In this document: positions 26,496 through 39,622 of the stretch, in pieces | How the letters are laid out: every line of letters begins with the position of its first letter | Numbering within the stretch: the stretch's first letter is position 1 | DNA from: Lobosporangium transversale | Lineage: Eukaryota | NCBI RefSeq assembly: GCF_002105155.1 | Contig: NW_019029002.1 | Location: forward strand, 62,001 to 126,000 | Direction of reading: 5' to 3' | Length of the DNA stretch: 64,000 nucleotides | The notes under the pieces: generated by a model | Seen by the model: only the letters and a program-made list of their open reading frames with translations | Database searches by the model: none | Told to the model about the DNA's origin: nothing | Program-made: the position numbers and the translations under genes

Positions 26496-28777
26496 TTAAT
26501 TTTTACGAGAGCGTTTTCTATTGATAAGAGGCACATCCTCAGACTCGCTATCCTCCACCATATCAAACATGCTTCGAGTATCTGGCATAAGATCTACAAC
26601 TATCTCAGGACCCAGCGTGACAGCCTCAGCTTGCTCTTGGCTTACCATTCTAAGGAGTCCCATATCCCATTCGCCGCTGTCAATCAAGATAATATCATCA
26701 AAGTTCTCAATAGTTTCCTCTTCATCAAAGATCATCTGGCGTATCTTCTTGTACCTGACTTCTCTGGTTATAGTACATCATACAAACTTTCACAGACCTC
26801 TTCCACACAGAGTAAAAGACTCTACATGGTATCTGAGAAAACAAGCTGAGAAGCCATTTCTTCAGCAAAAGAGGCGTCATTGTCGTTCTTACCCTTGCAG
26901 CAATTATGTTTTTTACGACGGCCCAGATCTTCTCAGTAGGCTGCAACTCACAATGGTAGGGAGGAGCCTTGAGAATCTCATGGCCGCCGTTCACCTGAGC
27001 TATCTTGCTGATAGAAAAGTACGACTCGTCGGGAAGGGCGTTAACCATTTTCAAAAGCTCCTCTTTGTTCAGTGCTTTCCCATTTTCCCTTGCTGGGATA
27101 ACAATGTCCTTTCCCACAAGTCAGTCTCTGATAGTTTTCACAGTGTCGCTCTTAGTTGGCTTTTTGTTTTTCCTATGGAAGTGATATGAGGCGCCATCAA
27201 GATGGATCTAACAAGGGCCAAGACCCATCTCATTGAGGTTTTTACAAAGCCGGGTGACTGGCGTTGAAGTTTCCATGAGAGTCATGATCTGTTGCCACAG
27301 CCCCTACATTCCTGATCTCTTCTGGGACATCAACCCACAGCTCAGCCTCCTGTTCTTGACCTTTTTTTGACTGAGGTTTTTTTTGACGGCCAGACATACA
27401 CGCTGTCCTTGACAAATTTGCTTTCGACTTTTTTTGGTGGTTTCATCATAATAAACAACAAATGCTGCAAATATAACCATAATAGGTTTCCTTCCTGCAT
27501 CATTTACAGTACCACCGCGACTTTCTACCCAACGTTTTGATGCAGCGTGGTCAATGTGGCAATACGATTCATCCAAGAAGACCTCCGGCATTCTAGGCAC
27601 CCAATTGCCGTCTACAAGTTTTAAATTTTTAAGACGGCGCTTCGTGTAAATTGCCCGGAACACGACATTCTCCTTGGAGTCATGCAAGAAGTTTTGTCGG
27701 ATCCCTTTGCCCCAATATAACCCCATTTTACGGAGGTCCCGAGTTATTGACCTTGCTGATCTCTCGATTCCAAAGTCCTCCTTTAGTTGATTTGCCACTA
27801 AAGCTGCAGAATTAGGTGACCCGCTCTTGTTTGTTTCCACTATAATGTCCATCACCTTGGAGCTCAGATCTTGATCCACTTCTTTTTTGGGTCGTCCAAT
27901 TCTTCCATGTCCTGTAGTGTCGAGGATGCCTGTATTTGCAAATTTAAGTGCTGTCAAACAAGTTTTTCTTCCCACACCAGTAGGGTTCTTAGCTCTATCG
28001 TCTGTCTTCATAAACCAATTTTGGTCTTCTGGCAGTGCTGCAGATATAGCTTTGAACGTATGGGCCATCATAACGTATTCGTTCCGAGTAATCGTCGCTT
28101 TAGTGCGTCTAAATGCATTGTCCCGCTGTATCTCTGTGGCCGTATCTGAATAGAATGCATTTATATCAACAGCATTGGACATTGATCCGACCTTAGTAGA
28201 GGAGGTCCACTGATACTCTGCGGGAGATCTAGTTGGGGAGATATTGAGTGGCGTGTGTTCGGGGGGATCTTCTAGGTGGCGCGCCTGAAAACGTTTGATT
28301 GATACAGCGTTTTTAATTGTTTTATCCATTTTAAAATAAACTTTATCGGTTTTTTTTTAAAATTGTTCCAATGAATAAAAAAATTTATCCAAAGGTAAGT
28401 TAAAAAGTTGGCCGAAAAGGGCTGAGAAATTTATCCAAGTGTTTGCAAATTTTGTCCAAGTGGTCATGCGGAATTAACCATGACTTTTGTGGGACATGGA
28501 AAAGGACATGGTGTTTGGATATTTGTTACAGTCGGTTCGGTTATTATGTTTGAAAAAATGGATAATATTTCAGACACATTCGGATAACTTATAGGATAAT
28601 TTTATTAGCTTAAATGGATAAAGCTTATTTCCCATCGGAGCAATGCAAATTGAAAATGGATAAATGTTTTTTTAAAATGGATAAAACAATTAAAAACGCT
28701 GTAGTTCCCTCACTGTACCAACCACTCAGGCCATTGTAGGGAAGAAGGTTATTGATAACATAGTTGGCAGAAGACAT
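26496..28777 (-). pseudogene. IS630/Tc1/mariner-superfamily DDE transposase, inactivated
   Basis: HTH-like region RSITRDLRKMGLYWGKG and catalytic motifs VFLDESYC, HGNFNA, IHLDGASYH and PPYHCELQPTEKIWAVVK lie in different frames. In-frame TAG and TGA stops flank the DGASYH motif, and a MITE interrupts the 5' end. Confidence 0.88.
28305..28701. mobile_element. 397-bp non-autonomous MITE with 32-bp perfect TIRs and TA target-site duplication
   Basis: TA|CAGCGTTTTTAATTGTTTTATCCATTTTAAAA ... TTTTAAAATGGATAAAACAATTAAAAACGCTG|TA, with internal TTATCC (left half) and GGATAA (right half) motifs. Confidence 0.9.
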
Positions 28778-29165
28778 TTTATTGTATACTGGAGGACGTA
28801 ATGAGGTTGGGATGAATAGATGATCGAGTTTTGTTTGCTTATATTTTCTAATCAAAAACGATAATTAAATTGATTTGGTGGCCACTGTTTCTAATTCATT
28901 CAATGTATTCAAAAAATTTATGGCTTTGTACGTAATTTTTTTTTTTCCAATATTTATTCAAAATGCGTATTTAAAAAATATATTTGTTCATGACTTTGGC
29001 GAGGACTATGATGCACTGCTTGTACCTCGTCTGCCCCTGCTTGTTAGGGATACATGACCCTAGAATTACTCATGTCCAAAAAAGGGGCTTATGATTTTAT
29101 TCTATGGCGATATATTTTCTAATAGTCTATTCGTCTTGGAGAAAGAAGGTGTTGATCATTTTCTG

Positions 29166-29776
29166 TCAGAGACGAGCAATTTCACCAACATTCTGTTCAA
29201 GCACCCAGCTTGATATGCTTTCTGCCACCATAGAGGCGTCCTCCATGTGGACAGAATGGTTCCCAGGAACACCCTTGATGGTGACTTTGCCTTTTGTGAT
29301 CCATCCCTCTCGCTCGTCGCTAACCTTCGTCAGTGGTAGCAGTCCGCCTTCTGCCAACACAGCAAGGACAGGGCAACAGATCCGGCTCATGAATGCTTTT
29401 ACGTATGCTTCTGATAATGATTGTGGACTACGGATCGTGAGGAATCGGTCAGTGGTCCAAGTCCATCCTTGTGCAACAGTGCCGTCATCTAACGTGCGCT
29501 CTATAGGGCGCAAACCTCTGGGCATCAAGTTACGAGCGAATTCTGGTTGGATCCCATAAGTACCTTGGCTCCTGGCCCTGCAAGCAGATTCAATAGTCGG
29601 GTGGAAGGGTAATCGCTTGGTGGCTAAGGCTTTTTTTTCTTGGATATGCTCCAAGAGATGTTGCGGTTGGTCTTCCACATCTCGCGTCAGTGGTCCAAAA
29701 TTATCGAGAAGGATACAAAGTGTCAATCTAGTTCAAGCCGATATGTAGTTATTAAAAGTGATTATCTTTAATCAAC

Positions 29777-29807
<31 letters not shown>

Positions 29808-30487
29808 GCCTCATTGATTGTTGGCCTTACCTTGATTCATATAAACCAGCATAAATGGTGGAGATAGCACCACCCATAGAATGGCCAATAATACCATGCC
29901 TTTGCCATCCCAATTGCTCTACAACTTGATCTGCATCTTCTACATAGCGCCAGAGAGCATAGTCTTCCGTTGTACGGTGTGATGACAGACCATGTCCTGC
30001 AAGGTCCAGGGCCACGATCTCGACAGGTTCAGGTCCAAGTTGCTTTAAAAGCAGACTATCAGTTCATATTGACAATTTTGAATTGTTGAAGCAAACATTT
30101 GAATAAAGATCCTTGTTTCTCTCAGTCTCACTTTTGGATATTGTAATTGCATTTGACATGTAATTGAACTTACGGGGCAAGTCTATTGTAGTTGCAGTGG
30201 AATGAAAAAAAAAATAATCGGAAAATAAGAGGGCAGATTCATACATTCCACATTACTCGTCGTTCATCTATTTTTGTAATTTACAAGTCAAACGAGCTCG
30301 CATTATCTAGGAATCCATGGAGAGCAAGGAAGCGACGACAATCTCTTGCTTTGGCATCCCTGCTTTCTGTTTTCCAATGCTTGGCCCTTAGGTTGATCCC
30401 GTTCCTAAGTTCAAAAGACTTTTCCAGAGTATCATAGTCACCAATTTTTACTTGAAAAAGTGATGGCAGGACATTCGTGGCACTCAT
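29166..30487 (-). CDS. Alpha/beta hydrolase, SERHL-like, with PTS1-like C-terminus (-ARL); 2 introns
   Basis: LALHGFLDNASSFD, VALDLAGHGLSSH, nucleophile elbow GHSMGG, catalytic GNHSVH; ends EIARL*. Confidence 0.9.
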
Positions 30488-31458
30488 TGCGGTTTGACTC
30501 TGTAAAGTAAAAGAAGAAAAAGGTGATATGTTTTTCACTGGATGAACTATTGCGAGTCGAAATATAATCCTGGGAGAATGAGGATGTAGTGGAACGGAGG
30601 CGTGGAACGTACTAAAAGAGAGTAGAACGGAGCGTACAGAATAATGTGAAGGCAGACGGCAAAATAACGAGCCGGTTGCACAGGATGGCCGACGAAATAA
30701 GGTTGTAGCGAGCCGAAATATCCTACATGTTAGATTGAAGCACGAGTTCAGCGCTGCAATGAACAGTGCACAACATGGGTACATGGCTAGCTCATTATGG
30801 TGAACAAGATAAGAGCCATTGGAACCATGTCTCCGAATCCAACGATGTGGACAGGATTTATAACTCTTGAGGCTACTATACATAGGCATAGAGTCTACTT
30901 TTCCCCCTCTTTTCTTCTACAGTAGTAGAAAACCTTCGAGATGATTCATGCCTAAATCATAGGCACCTCCCATAGGTTCTCTATTGATAGCTATTGGCTG
31001 CCTAGCTTCAAGTATGTTATGAGCATATCCAGTAGATGTCCTGACCATATCTTTGGCAGTAATAAAATAATCGTAGTAAGGCATATCAGTATCCTAAAAC
31101 TCCTTCTTTACTGGGTGAAAACCATTGCTCTGTCCATCATACTTTCTGCACAATCTCTATCAGTACACGATTTCGCAATTTCTCAGTGGATAGCCGATTA
31201 ACTAGCTAGCTAGGGATATATGTATACTATGAATAAGATACAATACCAATTTGCAATCAGGGCATTGTGCATTTGTCTGCTTTTCCTTTCAATTATCGTA
31301 TTGTATGACTTGCTGCGAAACAAACTAAGTAGAAGAGACTTGTGTGGCCTACGCCATCAGAACGATATTGAAGAACTACGGTGCATGTAAGTGGGAAGTC
31401 TTTAGGGTTGTATCGAACCTCAATGTCGCCTTCGCTGTCACTATAAACTGCTATTCCC

Positions 31459-31492
<34 letters not shown>

Positions 31493-33213
31493 TTGTTTGG
31501 TTTTCTGCTCGGTTATGTGTTTCTTGACTAGAAATCTCTTTCAAGGAGTTCAATAAACATTTATCCATTCTTTCCCTGAGATGGTACCAACTTTGCCATA
31601 CCTCTTTCTATTGCCTTCTCGTGTATCTTTGCTTATATCTCAGTCCAACTTTAGCACTTCAGCTCTTTTTGTGTACTGTAGGTCAACAGCTAAAAAAAAA
31701 AAAAAAAGAGCAATTGCACATCTCCTGGTCTCCCTTCCGCTCATTTCTCCTGCTCGTTTGCCCAAGCTCTCTCTTATTATGCATCTCACATTCCTTTCAT
31801 TTTCATGATTCGACATCTCCTTTCCCCTTTTCTTCACCCCACGGCTCTTTGCGCCGTCCTGGCGCCATCAGCATCAGATGAACCGTTTTTTTTTTTTTTT
31901 CTTTTTTTTTTTTTGGTATACATGTACTTTTATATTTTTGTATTATATTTTTAAATCACTATTTCATTTATCGCTCTCGCTCTCTCCCCTTTCTATTTTT
32001 GAGCATAGGGTCCCTGCCTCTACCTCTACTTTCCCTCGCATTTCCTGTGCCCTACCTCATTCTCTTCTCACTTTCTCTCGCCCATGCTATCTTTCGCTCC
32101 TCTCATACTTGTGCTCCATTTCTCCTGGCTGCTCTCGTAAGCCCCTTTCCCTCTCTCTCTTTCTTTTTTATTATTTTGTATTTCATCGATTACATTCTCT
32201 CCTTGTCATTTCATGAACCCTTTTTCTTCTCATTCCAATTTAATTCGCTTTCATTCCTAATCTGTTCCAGATTCTGATTGCTTCTTTTGGTAAGAGTTTA
32301 ACTCCGCCATTGTTACACGATAATACATTGCTTAGACTAAGATTGTGTCCTGTGCGTCAATCGATATTGTTTCCCCTCATGCGGGTTTAACTCTTAATTT
32401 GGGGTGGGAGCGCGTAATTGGAAGTTTTGGGATCTGATGGATTATTCAATAGCGCTACACCACGCATACTATTGGTGCGGGGCCACGGTGGAAGTGGGAC
32501 ATGATTCTCTCCCTCATTTTGCCTTTTCCTTAATCCTTTGCTCCCATCTCAGCTATACGAGTTATATGTACCAAAAACAATGTGTTCAGCTTGACAAGTT
32601 TTTGCAGTTATAAGAAACCCTTTATTCCCTAATTGAAAATGTATGCCCCTTTCCCCCGCCCAATGTGTCTGTCTCTCTGGACTCTCGTGTCTCACGACTG
32701 CCAACACGCGAAAAGATTCACTCTCCTTTTGTATCCGCTTCAGGCACAATATTCTGTGTCTGGTGGTTAGTCATGCGTGTGGATGAATATGCACATTTTC
32801 ATGCATGCACGCCAGAGGCCGTGAGAAAGACGTTCGGCTCCCTCATTTATTCTTCTCCCATGGTGTGCATTGATTGTGCATCCAAACATCCCAAATTAAT
32901 GTAATGATTGAACCATAACCTTGTGCATAGCATTGGGATATTGGATTTGCCTTGATAATACATTCGACTCCATCGCTTTTCTTTCTTTTTTTTTATTGTC
33001 GATCCTTTTTTGGGATCCATATATGTCAAAAAAAAAAAAAAAAAAAAAAAAAAGCAGAAAGCAGTTTTTGAGTGCTCATTGCTTTACGTTCCCTATGCTA
33101 ACATCTCAGAATACACCTGAATAGGGACGAATAACTTTGACTCGTTGAGATAGTTGCCACTACATTCTAAAAGAGCGCATAAGGCCATAGCAAGTGAAAT
33201 CATACCAGTCACT

Positions 33214-36200
33214 ATGCTCGAGAACGTAGTCCGGCCAGCTGAGTCTAACAAGATGGATTTTAATCCGGTGCCCAGCAACGCCATCTTGAATAAGACCTTG
33301 CCCTCAGATTACCATACAAGCGCGAGCTTTCATTGCAACCGCCCCGAAGAAAACAGTAGTGTCGGTAGCAGCTTTAATGTAAGGGTCGACGGCCACCACA
33401 CCATGAATCTAAACGATAACAAGCCATGCAATACAAGAGCAGCATATGTCACTGTTTTGACAGCAAAAAACACAACATCCACCTCCACAGAACCCACCAC
33501 ATCTATGGATAACAAAGATGGGGCTATACCCTTGCAATCAATTCAGGATGCGTACCAAAAACCTCTCTCCAAACCAAACACACTCGGATCAACGCCATCT
33601 TCCATGAGTACAGCTGTTTCAACTGAGTTCGAGCCCTCTTCCACCACAACTTCCCCAATTAGCCACATCCGGAAGTGGAGATCCGGTCTTGGAGGGTCCT
33701 CCAAGAAGCAGCAAAAGAAACGGAGCCACAGTTCCAAGGGCTCCTCGGGCAAAGCTAGAGCTATTGGGCCAATCAGCGGGCCTTTGCCTTTAACAATGCC
33801 AGCACCATTCGTATGCACGCCACTGCCTTATTCAGACGCTCCCATTATCGTCTCGCCTACCACCCTTACGAATTTGAAGGCTGCAACTTTCCTAGATATG
33901 TCATCTTCACCGACACCCTCAAAGCCAACAACATCCTGCCTAGATCTGCCAATAGGCTCTCAATCCTCTAACCCCGTCCTCTCACTGGCGTCTGTTAATG
34001 AACAGAGCGCAGCCTATTCGGACATGGAGAGCTATCGGACAAGCTGGAAGGGCCGGCTATTTTACGCTACTAGAGGTAAGAAGCTGTTACAACAGCGGTA
34101 GTACAAGGAACAGACACCCAATGGGATAAAATATCTCTAAACTTGAGCGATGACTGTTGAGTAATCAAGAGAAGAGGAAGGAGAGACAGCAGTGAAACTA
34201 TAAAATGTATCTTTGTATTTTTGACACAGCTGACACCATCAACATCGTATGCCATCTCCTATAACTCGTGCCTCACTGATAAACTCAATAAATAACTCTT
34301 CTCTTTAGATATGCTTGCCCCTTTTCAGGTCGAGCCTTTGAGTCACTTATCGGAAACAGAATCTCACCAGCTGCCAATAGATGTGTCAGATCAATCAGTT
34401 ATTGATGCGCTTCATTCAAGTGTTCAAGAGGATCGAGACCACACTGACGATAAGGATAATGAAGAGCACCAAACTCAAGACCGCAGGGATAGTGGCGAGG
34501 ATAATGATGCCACAAAGGATTTTGCATTGAGTCTATGCCAAGGGTTTGGATCAGACTTTGATTTATCTCCATCAAATTTCGACTACCAAAGCATTTGTAG
34601 GGACCAAGGAAACGATTTTCATTTGCAAACAGAGGACAACCGTGAAATAGAGAAGATACGTCCCCGGTGGTCGAGGACCCTAAAGCAAATTCGCCCAAAG
34701 TCATCATCTACCATTTCTACTTCGTCGGACTCATCCACAGAGTCAGTAGACTCTATTAACTCATCTTCATCAGCCTCATTAGGAAAATTAGGCCTATCAC
34801 AGATGTCGTCAGTCAATGGAATATCTTCTATGACAACACGAAGTGTTCCTGACGTGACTTCAAGTAGGTCTTCACCTACACCATCCACCACGCTGAAAAA
34901 GTCACGAGCGATGAGATTCTCAGCGAGTTTGACCAATCTCCTGCCTATTAGTTTGTCAAAAGATAAAGGCAGTACACCAACAATGCCGCCTGCTTCATTA
35001 CCGGTTGAGCACGAACATGATAAAAGCCAGGAGAATATTGATGAGCAATCGTCTTTAAAACCAACTAGGGCATCATATATGGATCCTAGGGCTATAACGC
35101 TCAAGCGGCTGGCCTATATCCATACACTCAAGAAATTACGTGAGCGTGAAAAACGACCTTTCCATCATGCAGTACTTCTGCATATGATGTTGCATCAACT
35201 TCGAAAGGCTGGTATTTCTGCAAGGCAATGTGACGAAATTGGGGCTTATTACACAACCCTAGAGGCAACTCAACTTTCGACGCGATGGGATATAGAGAAC
35301 ATGGCAGTGGCTTTGACAGCTGAACAGCAGCAACAGGAAGACACTTTACCAAAGCAAAAGCACCATCAGTACTTGGACGCAATGGATCATACGCAGTTAC
35401 CACAGCAACAAGCGCAAGAGTTATCATCATTGCCAAAAATGAATAGTACGAAGAAACAGAAATTGAGACATCCTTTGGTCTCTTCTAAAAACCACCTTCA
35501 GTCCAAACCACCGAACACGACTAGTGATAATGACAGCGACAGAAACGATGCTAGTAGCATGATGGGCTCCTGCCAGCATCTTCCACCTCAAGCTCCTTTA
35601 TCATCGGGATCGGTACTGTTGCCTGCAACACCATACAAAATGCCACTACATCCAACGTTGCGCATGCCAGCCCAACCGCTCATAAATCTAGACATGAAGA
35701 ATACCCCTTCTACCACAACCACCACACCTGCCTCTGTTCGGAAGGATGCAGCTATGAGAGCACCTACTTTTACACCGCCTGTTTCATCTGACTCTGAAAG
35801 CGAGGATGAAGGCGCGGATGGACTGTGTACTGAAGAGAAGTATGACGAAGGGCACGATAAAGAAGCAAATGAAGCGTTCCCGTCCACACCAAAGGTCATG
35901 ATCCCTAAACAAAAAACAAATCGAAAAGGTATACTGTATCAGCAACAGAAGCAGAGACAGCGATTCAGGCAACAACAACGGATGGGACCCCCTTCAGTCA
36001 GCTCAGCCGGCTCGACAGATTCGCAGCGCCACCACTTCCTAGTGAAGCAAGCTCAGGTTTCTATCGGGCAAGGTCAAGTATGGACACAGGCGCAGCCGGC
36101 AGGGGCTAGGCCGCCTTTCACAACATCAGCTTACACGCCCATGTCAAGCAATCGATTAGGACCCATGAGCTGGTATCCAGTAGGACCTTCTAGTGCTGAG

Positions 36201-36791
36201 AGGCAGATGATAATCGCCACTTCTAACTATTGGGTAGGACCCCAGATGGTGATGGGAGCGTATCCTTATGGTGGCCCCTTCCAACCCCCCTTGATGATGC
36301 CCTCTGGAGTTAGCAGTATGAATAGCACTGGCTTCGCCACTGGGCCTCTCATGGCACCATCAGCACCGCTCTTCCAAACTTCGTTCCAAAACACAATGTC
36401 GCTATATAATTCTCCCTCATCAGTTATGAGTCATATCTCAAGTCCAATGCCATACCTCTCTGCTAACGCACATGCGTTTAGTAGCCCCAGCTATTTGTCC
36501 CCAAGCGCAGCCAAGGTCCCTTCGACGTCAGTGTACACGGGCTCCCATACCTTAGAGACTCAGACGAGCATCGAAAATTATCGACAGCAACTACAGCTGC
36601 AAGCAAACACCAACCATGGCATCAGCAGCATGCATAGTACTCTCAAGCATGGCCATCCTTCTAGGAAAACTAAAACCCTGCCTTCGCCTCCTCCATCGCC
36701 GAGGATCAACCCGAGTAATTATAGTAGCGATGTAAAGAACAAAAGCAGAAGCAGACTGTCAGAAGAAGACGTGCCACTAGCATTATTGTAA
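33214..36791 (+). CDS. Uncharacterised large low-complexity (S/P/Q-rich) protein; 2 exons
   Basis: Two long ORFs are joined in frame by intron 34076-34308 (G|GTAAG ... TAG|AT). One helical patch (KRLAYIHTLKKLRERE...) and a C-terminal EEDVPLALL. Confidence 0.75.
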
Positions 36792-37002
36792 AGAGTGAGC
36801 TCCCGCCTGGCTGCTTAAGTGTATGTGAATGGGTCTTTACTTTTTATCACTATACCCATTTAACATTGTAATATTTCTTAATCCAACAATATGACTACCG
36901 TTAATATTCTTGTTTCCTTAATATCGTAATTCCTTAATCTTCCTTAATAAAATCAGCCACTCAATGTGCAAGGATCCTCTTGAAATGATGCAGAGGAGAT
37001 AT

Positions 37003-39481
37003 TTAAATTGACACTGCTTCACGCTTCAACCATTCTAGTGCCAGCTCACCTTCCTTCAAGAATGGTGACACCTTTTTTAAGCACTCTGATTGATACTGGT
37101 TGATCCACTGGATCTCATCCCTGGAAAGCAGGGACCTCTCAATCAACCGAGTCTGGATTGGTACAAATGTAATATGCTCGAACCCGTAGTATCGCTTGTT
37201 ATCGAACCGATGTCTTGTCTTAACTTCACGGACTATAAGCACATTCTCAATCCTGATCCCAAATTCCCCATCTTCATAGTATCCAGGCTCATTTGTCAGG
37301 ATCATGCCAGGGGCTAGTGGGACTTCATTAAAAGCAAGGCGAGCTCCGCATCCATGAGGACCCTCATGGACGTTCAAGAATGCACCTACACCATGCCCAG
37401 TCCCGTGGCGGAAATCCAATCCATCGGACCAAAGTGCACGTCGTGATAAAATGTCCAGTAGGTAGCCCGTGGTACCTTCTGGGAAGATACAAGTGTCGAT
37501 GGCGATATGACCCTGGAGTACACGTGTGAAGCAGCGCTTCTCATGGGCAGAGGGAGTTCTAAAGTGCAGCGTGCGAGTAACGTCGGTTGTGCCGTCAACA
37601 TATTGACCACCAGAATCACAGAGGTAAACAAGGTTTGGGTCGATGATCGACGCGGTAGGTTTCTCAGGTTTATAGTGTATGATGGCGCCGTTGGGTCCTG
37701 TTGAAGAGATTGTGTCAAAAGAAGGGCCAACATATCCCTTCTGTTCACTATAAAATATTAGCATTATATATATATATCATAATCATAGTATAGTTAATTG
37801 AGCTTGATATTTATAAGGCAACAAAAGTTAAAGCGAAATCGAGACCCTACTCTCAATAGTAAGTACGATATTTTTCTTACATTCGAAACTGCTGCAAACG
37901 CTCTGCTCCATCAGCTTCGTCTAATATGACGCCTTGCTCTAGCTGCTTCTCTAGCCATGCGAAATACCTAATCACAGCCGCTGCATCTCGAAGGTGACAT
38001 TGACGCATGCCCTCCAGCTCTGTCTTATTCTTGATAGCTTTAGCGTCCATAATAGGAGATCTGTCTATGATGATGTTTTCCTTGCCCAGTGCTGTTGCTA
38101 TTGCCAGATTGGTCCTTACGCCCAGCAACATCTTTTGGTTGTTGGCTTTTAGTTGTTTAGATAGCTTTTTCAGATCTGCATAAACAGCATCATAGGGACA
38201 GATCTGAACATGATCTCCTAAATGATCCCGCACTTCGTTGGAAACAGATCGATCTTGCAAGTATAGTCGTATATTGTCTTGAGAAATGATCGTAAAGGCA
38301 AAAAATACAGGGTTGCAATGGACATCTGAACCACGCATATTAAATAACCATGCTATTTCATCCAAGCCTGATATTACACATCCTACAACACCTCTTTTTT
38401 TGAGCTGTTGACGCAATTGAAGAATTTTCTCGGAATGATTACGACCAGTAGTCGCGGTCGTGAGGGTCATAAGCTTACGAGCGGGGCGTGAAGGGCGATC
38501 TTCTCTGATAAGATCAACAAGGTTAGGAACTGAGACTAAGGTCGAACCCACTTTAGGCAGTTCCACTTCAAGCATTGCTGCATCGGCTGATCGATAGTAT
38601 TAGTAAAAATAATAACTGTCATTGTTAGCATTGGTAATCATTTTGAGCAATAGGTTAACAAAGGATATGCTTACCAGCTGTAAAAACTAGAGGATCAATG
38701 CCTATCCTTGAACCAGCCGGGATGTTCTAAATGATGAATGAAAAACAACGTCAATATCAACTATCCTGTTGACCATTACAATCTGCTTTAAAGATTACCA
38801 GTCTTCGGCCCCCCCTCCCCCCCCCCCTTTTTTTTTTTTTTTTTTTCCTATTTTATTCACCTTGACAAGATATTCTTGCCACGTTGGGACATTAGGAAGA
38901 CCAGCTTTCATTAACTTCCAGTTAGAATCCAACTGCTGAGAAGCTTGGAGGAAGTAACGCCCATCTGTGAAGAGCACCGCAGAATCGTGTGTGATAATGG
39001 CCAAGCCCGCAGATCCCGTGAATCCAGAAATGTATGCACGTCGCTCATCGCATTCTGCAACATATTCACTCTGATGTGCATCCTCTGATGGTATTACACT
39101 ACAAATTCGTATGGATATTAATGTCAAACACACTTTTTCCCCTCCTTTCACAACTATTTAGGACAAAAAATAAAAGGATACGTACAAAGCTGTTAAGTTG
39201 TATTGAGCGCATTTCATCAATTTGCGTAGTTTTTTAACGCGGTTTGTTGTATTAGTGGCGGTAGCGGAGCTCAGACATCGCGTGAGATTTGTAGAGCTGA
39301 AAGTAGCTTTGTTAATTGCGCGTGCTGGCAAGGCATGAGATGAGCAAGAGACGCGAAGGACTCGGATAGGGGAAGTAAGTAGTCTTGGTTTAAAGAGTGC
39401 TGTGCATCGCAGTGGGGCAGTGAGCACTGCTGCAGTTCTGACTCGAAACTGCATGGTGCTGATCGTTGTCATAATAACCAT
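37003..39481 (-). CDS. Xaa-Pro aminopeptidase (aminopeptidase P, M24B) with mitochondrial-type presequence; multi-exon
   Basis: [52 protein letters not shown]...VHEGP, NEPGYY and GIRIEN. Confidence 0.93.
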
Positions 39482-39622
39482 GAGCCATGAATGATCAGTT
39501 CAGGAGCACATCGTCCAATAACATTTGAGTGGCGTTTAATAATGCAGTTACAAGGCTAAAGGGTATTTTTTTTATTTAAATTTTCAGCAGCAAGCTTGAA
39601 TGCTTGTTCTTTATCAGGCTTC

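Noticed and set aside
28991..29010. Possible outer TIR of the DDE transposon (GACTTTGGCGAGGACTAT)
   Set aside because: No matching inverted partner found on the other side of the transposase.
30900..33200. Many Phe/Ser/Leu-rich ORFs
   Set aside because: Products of pyrimidine-rich promoter/UTR sequence and homopolymers.
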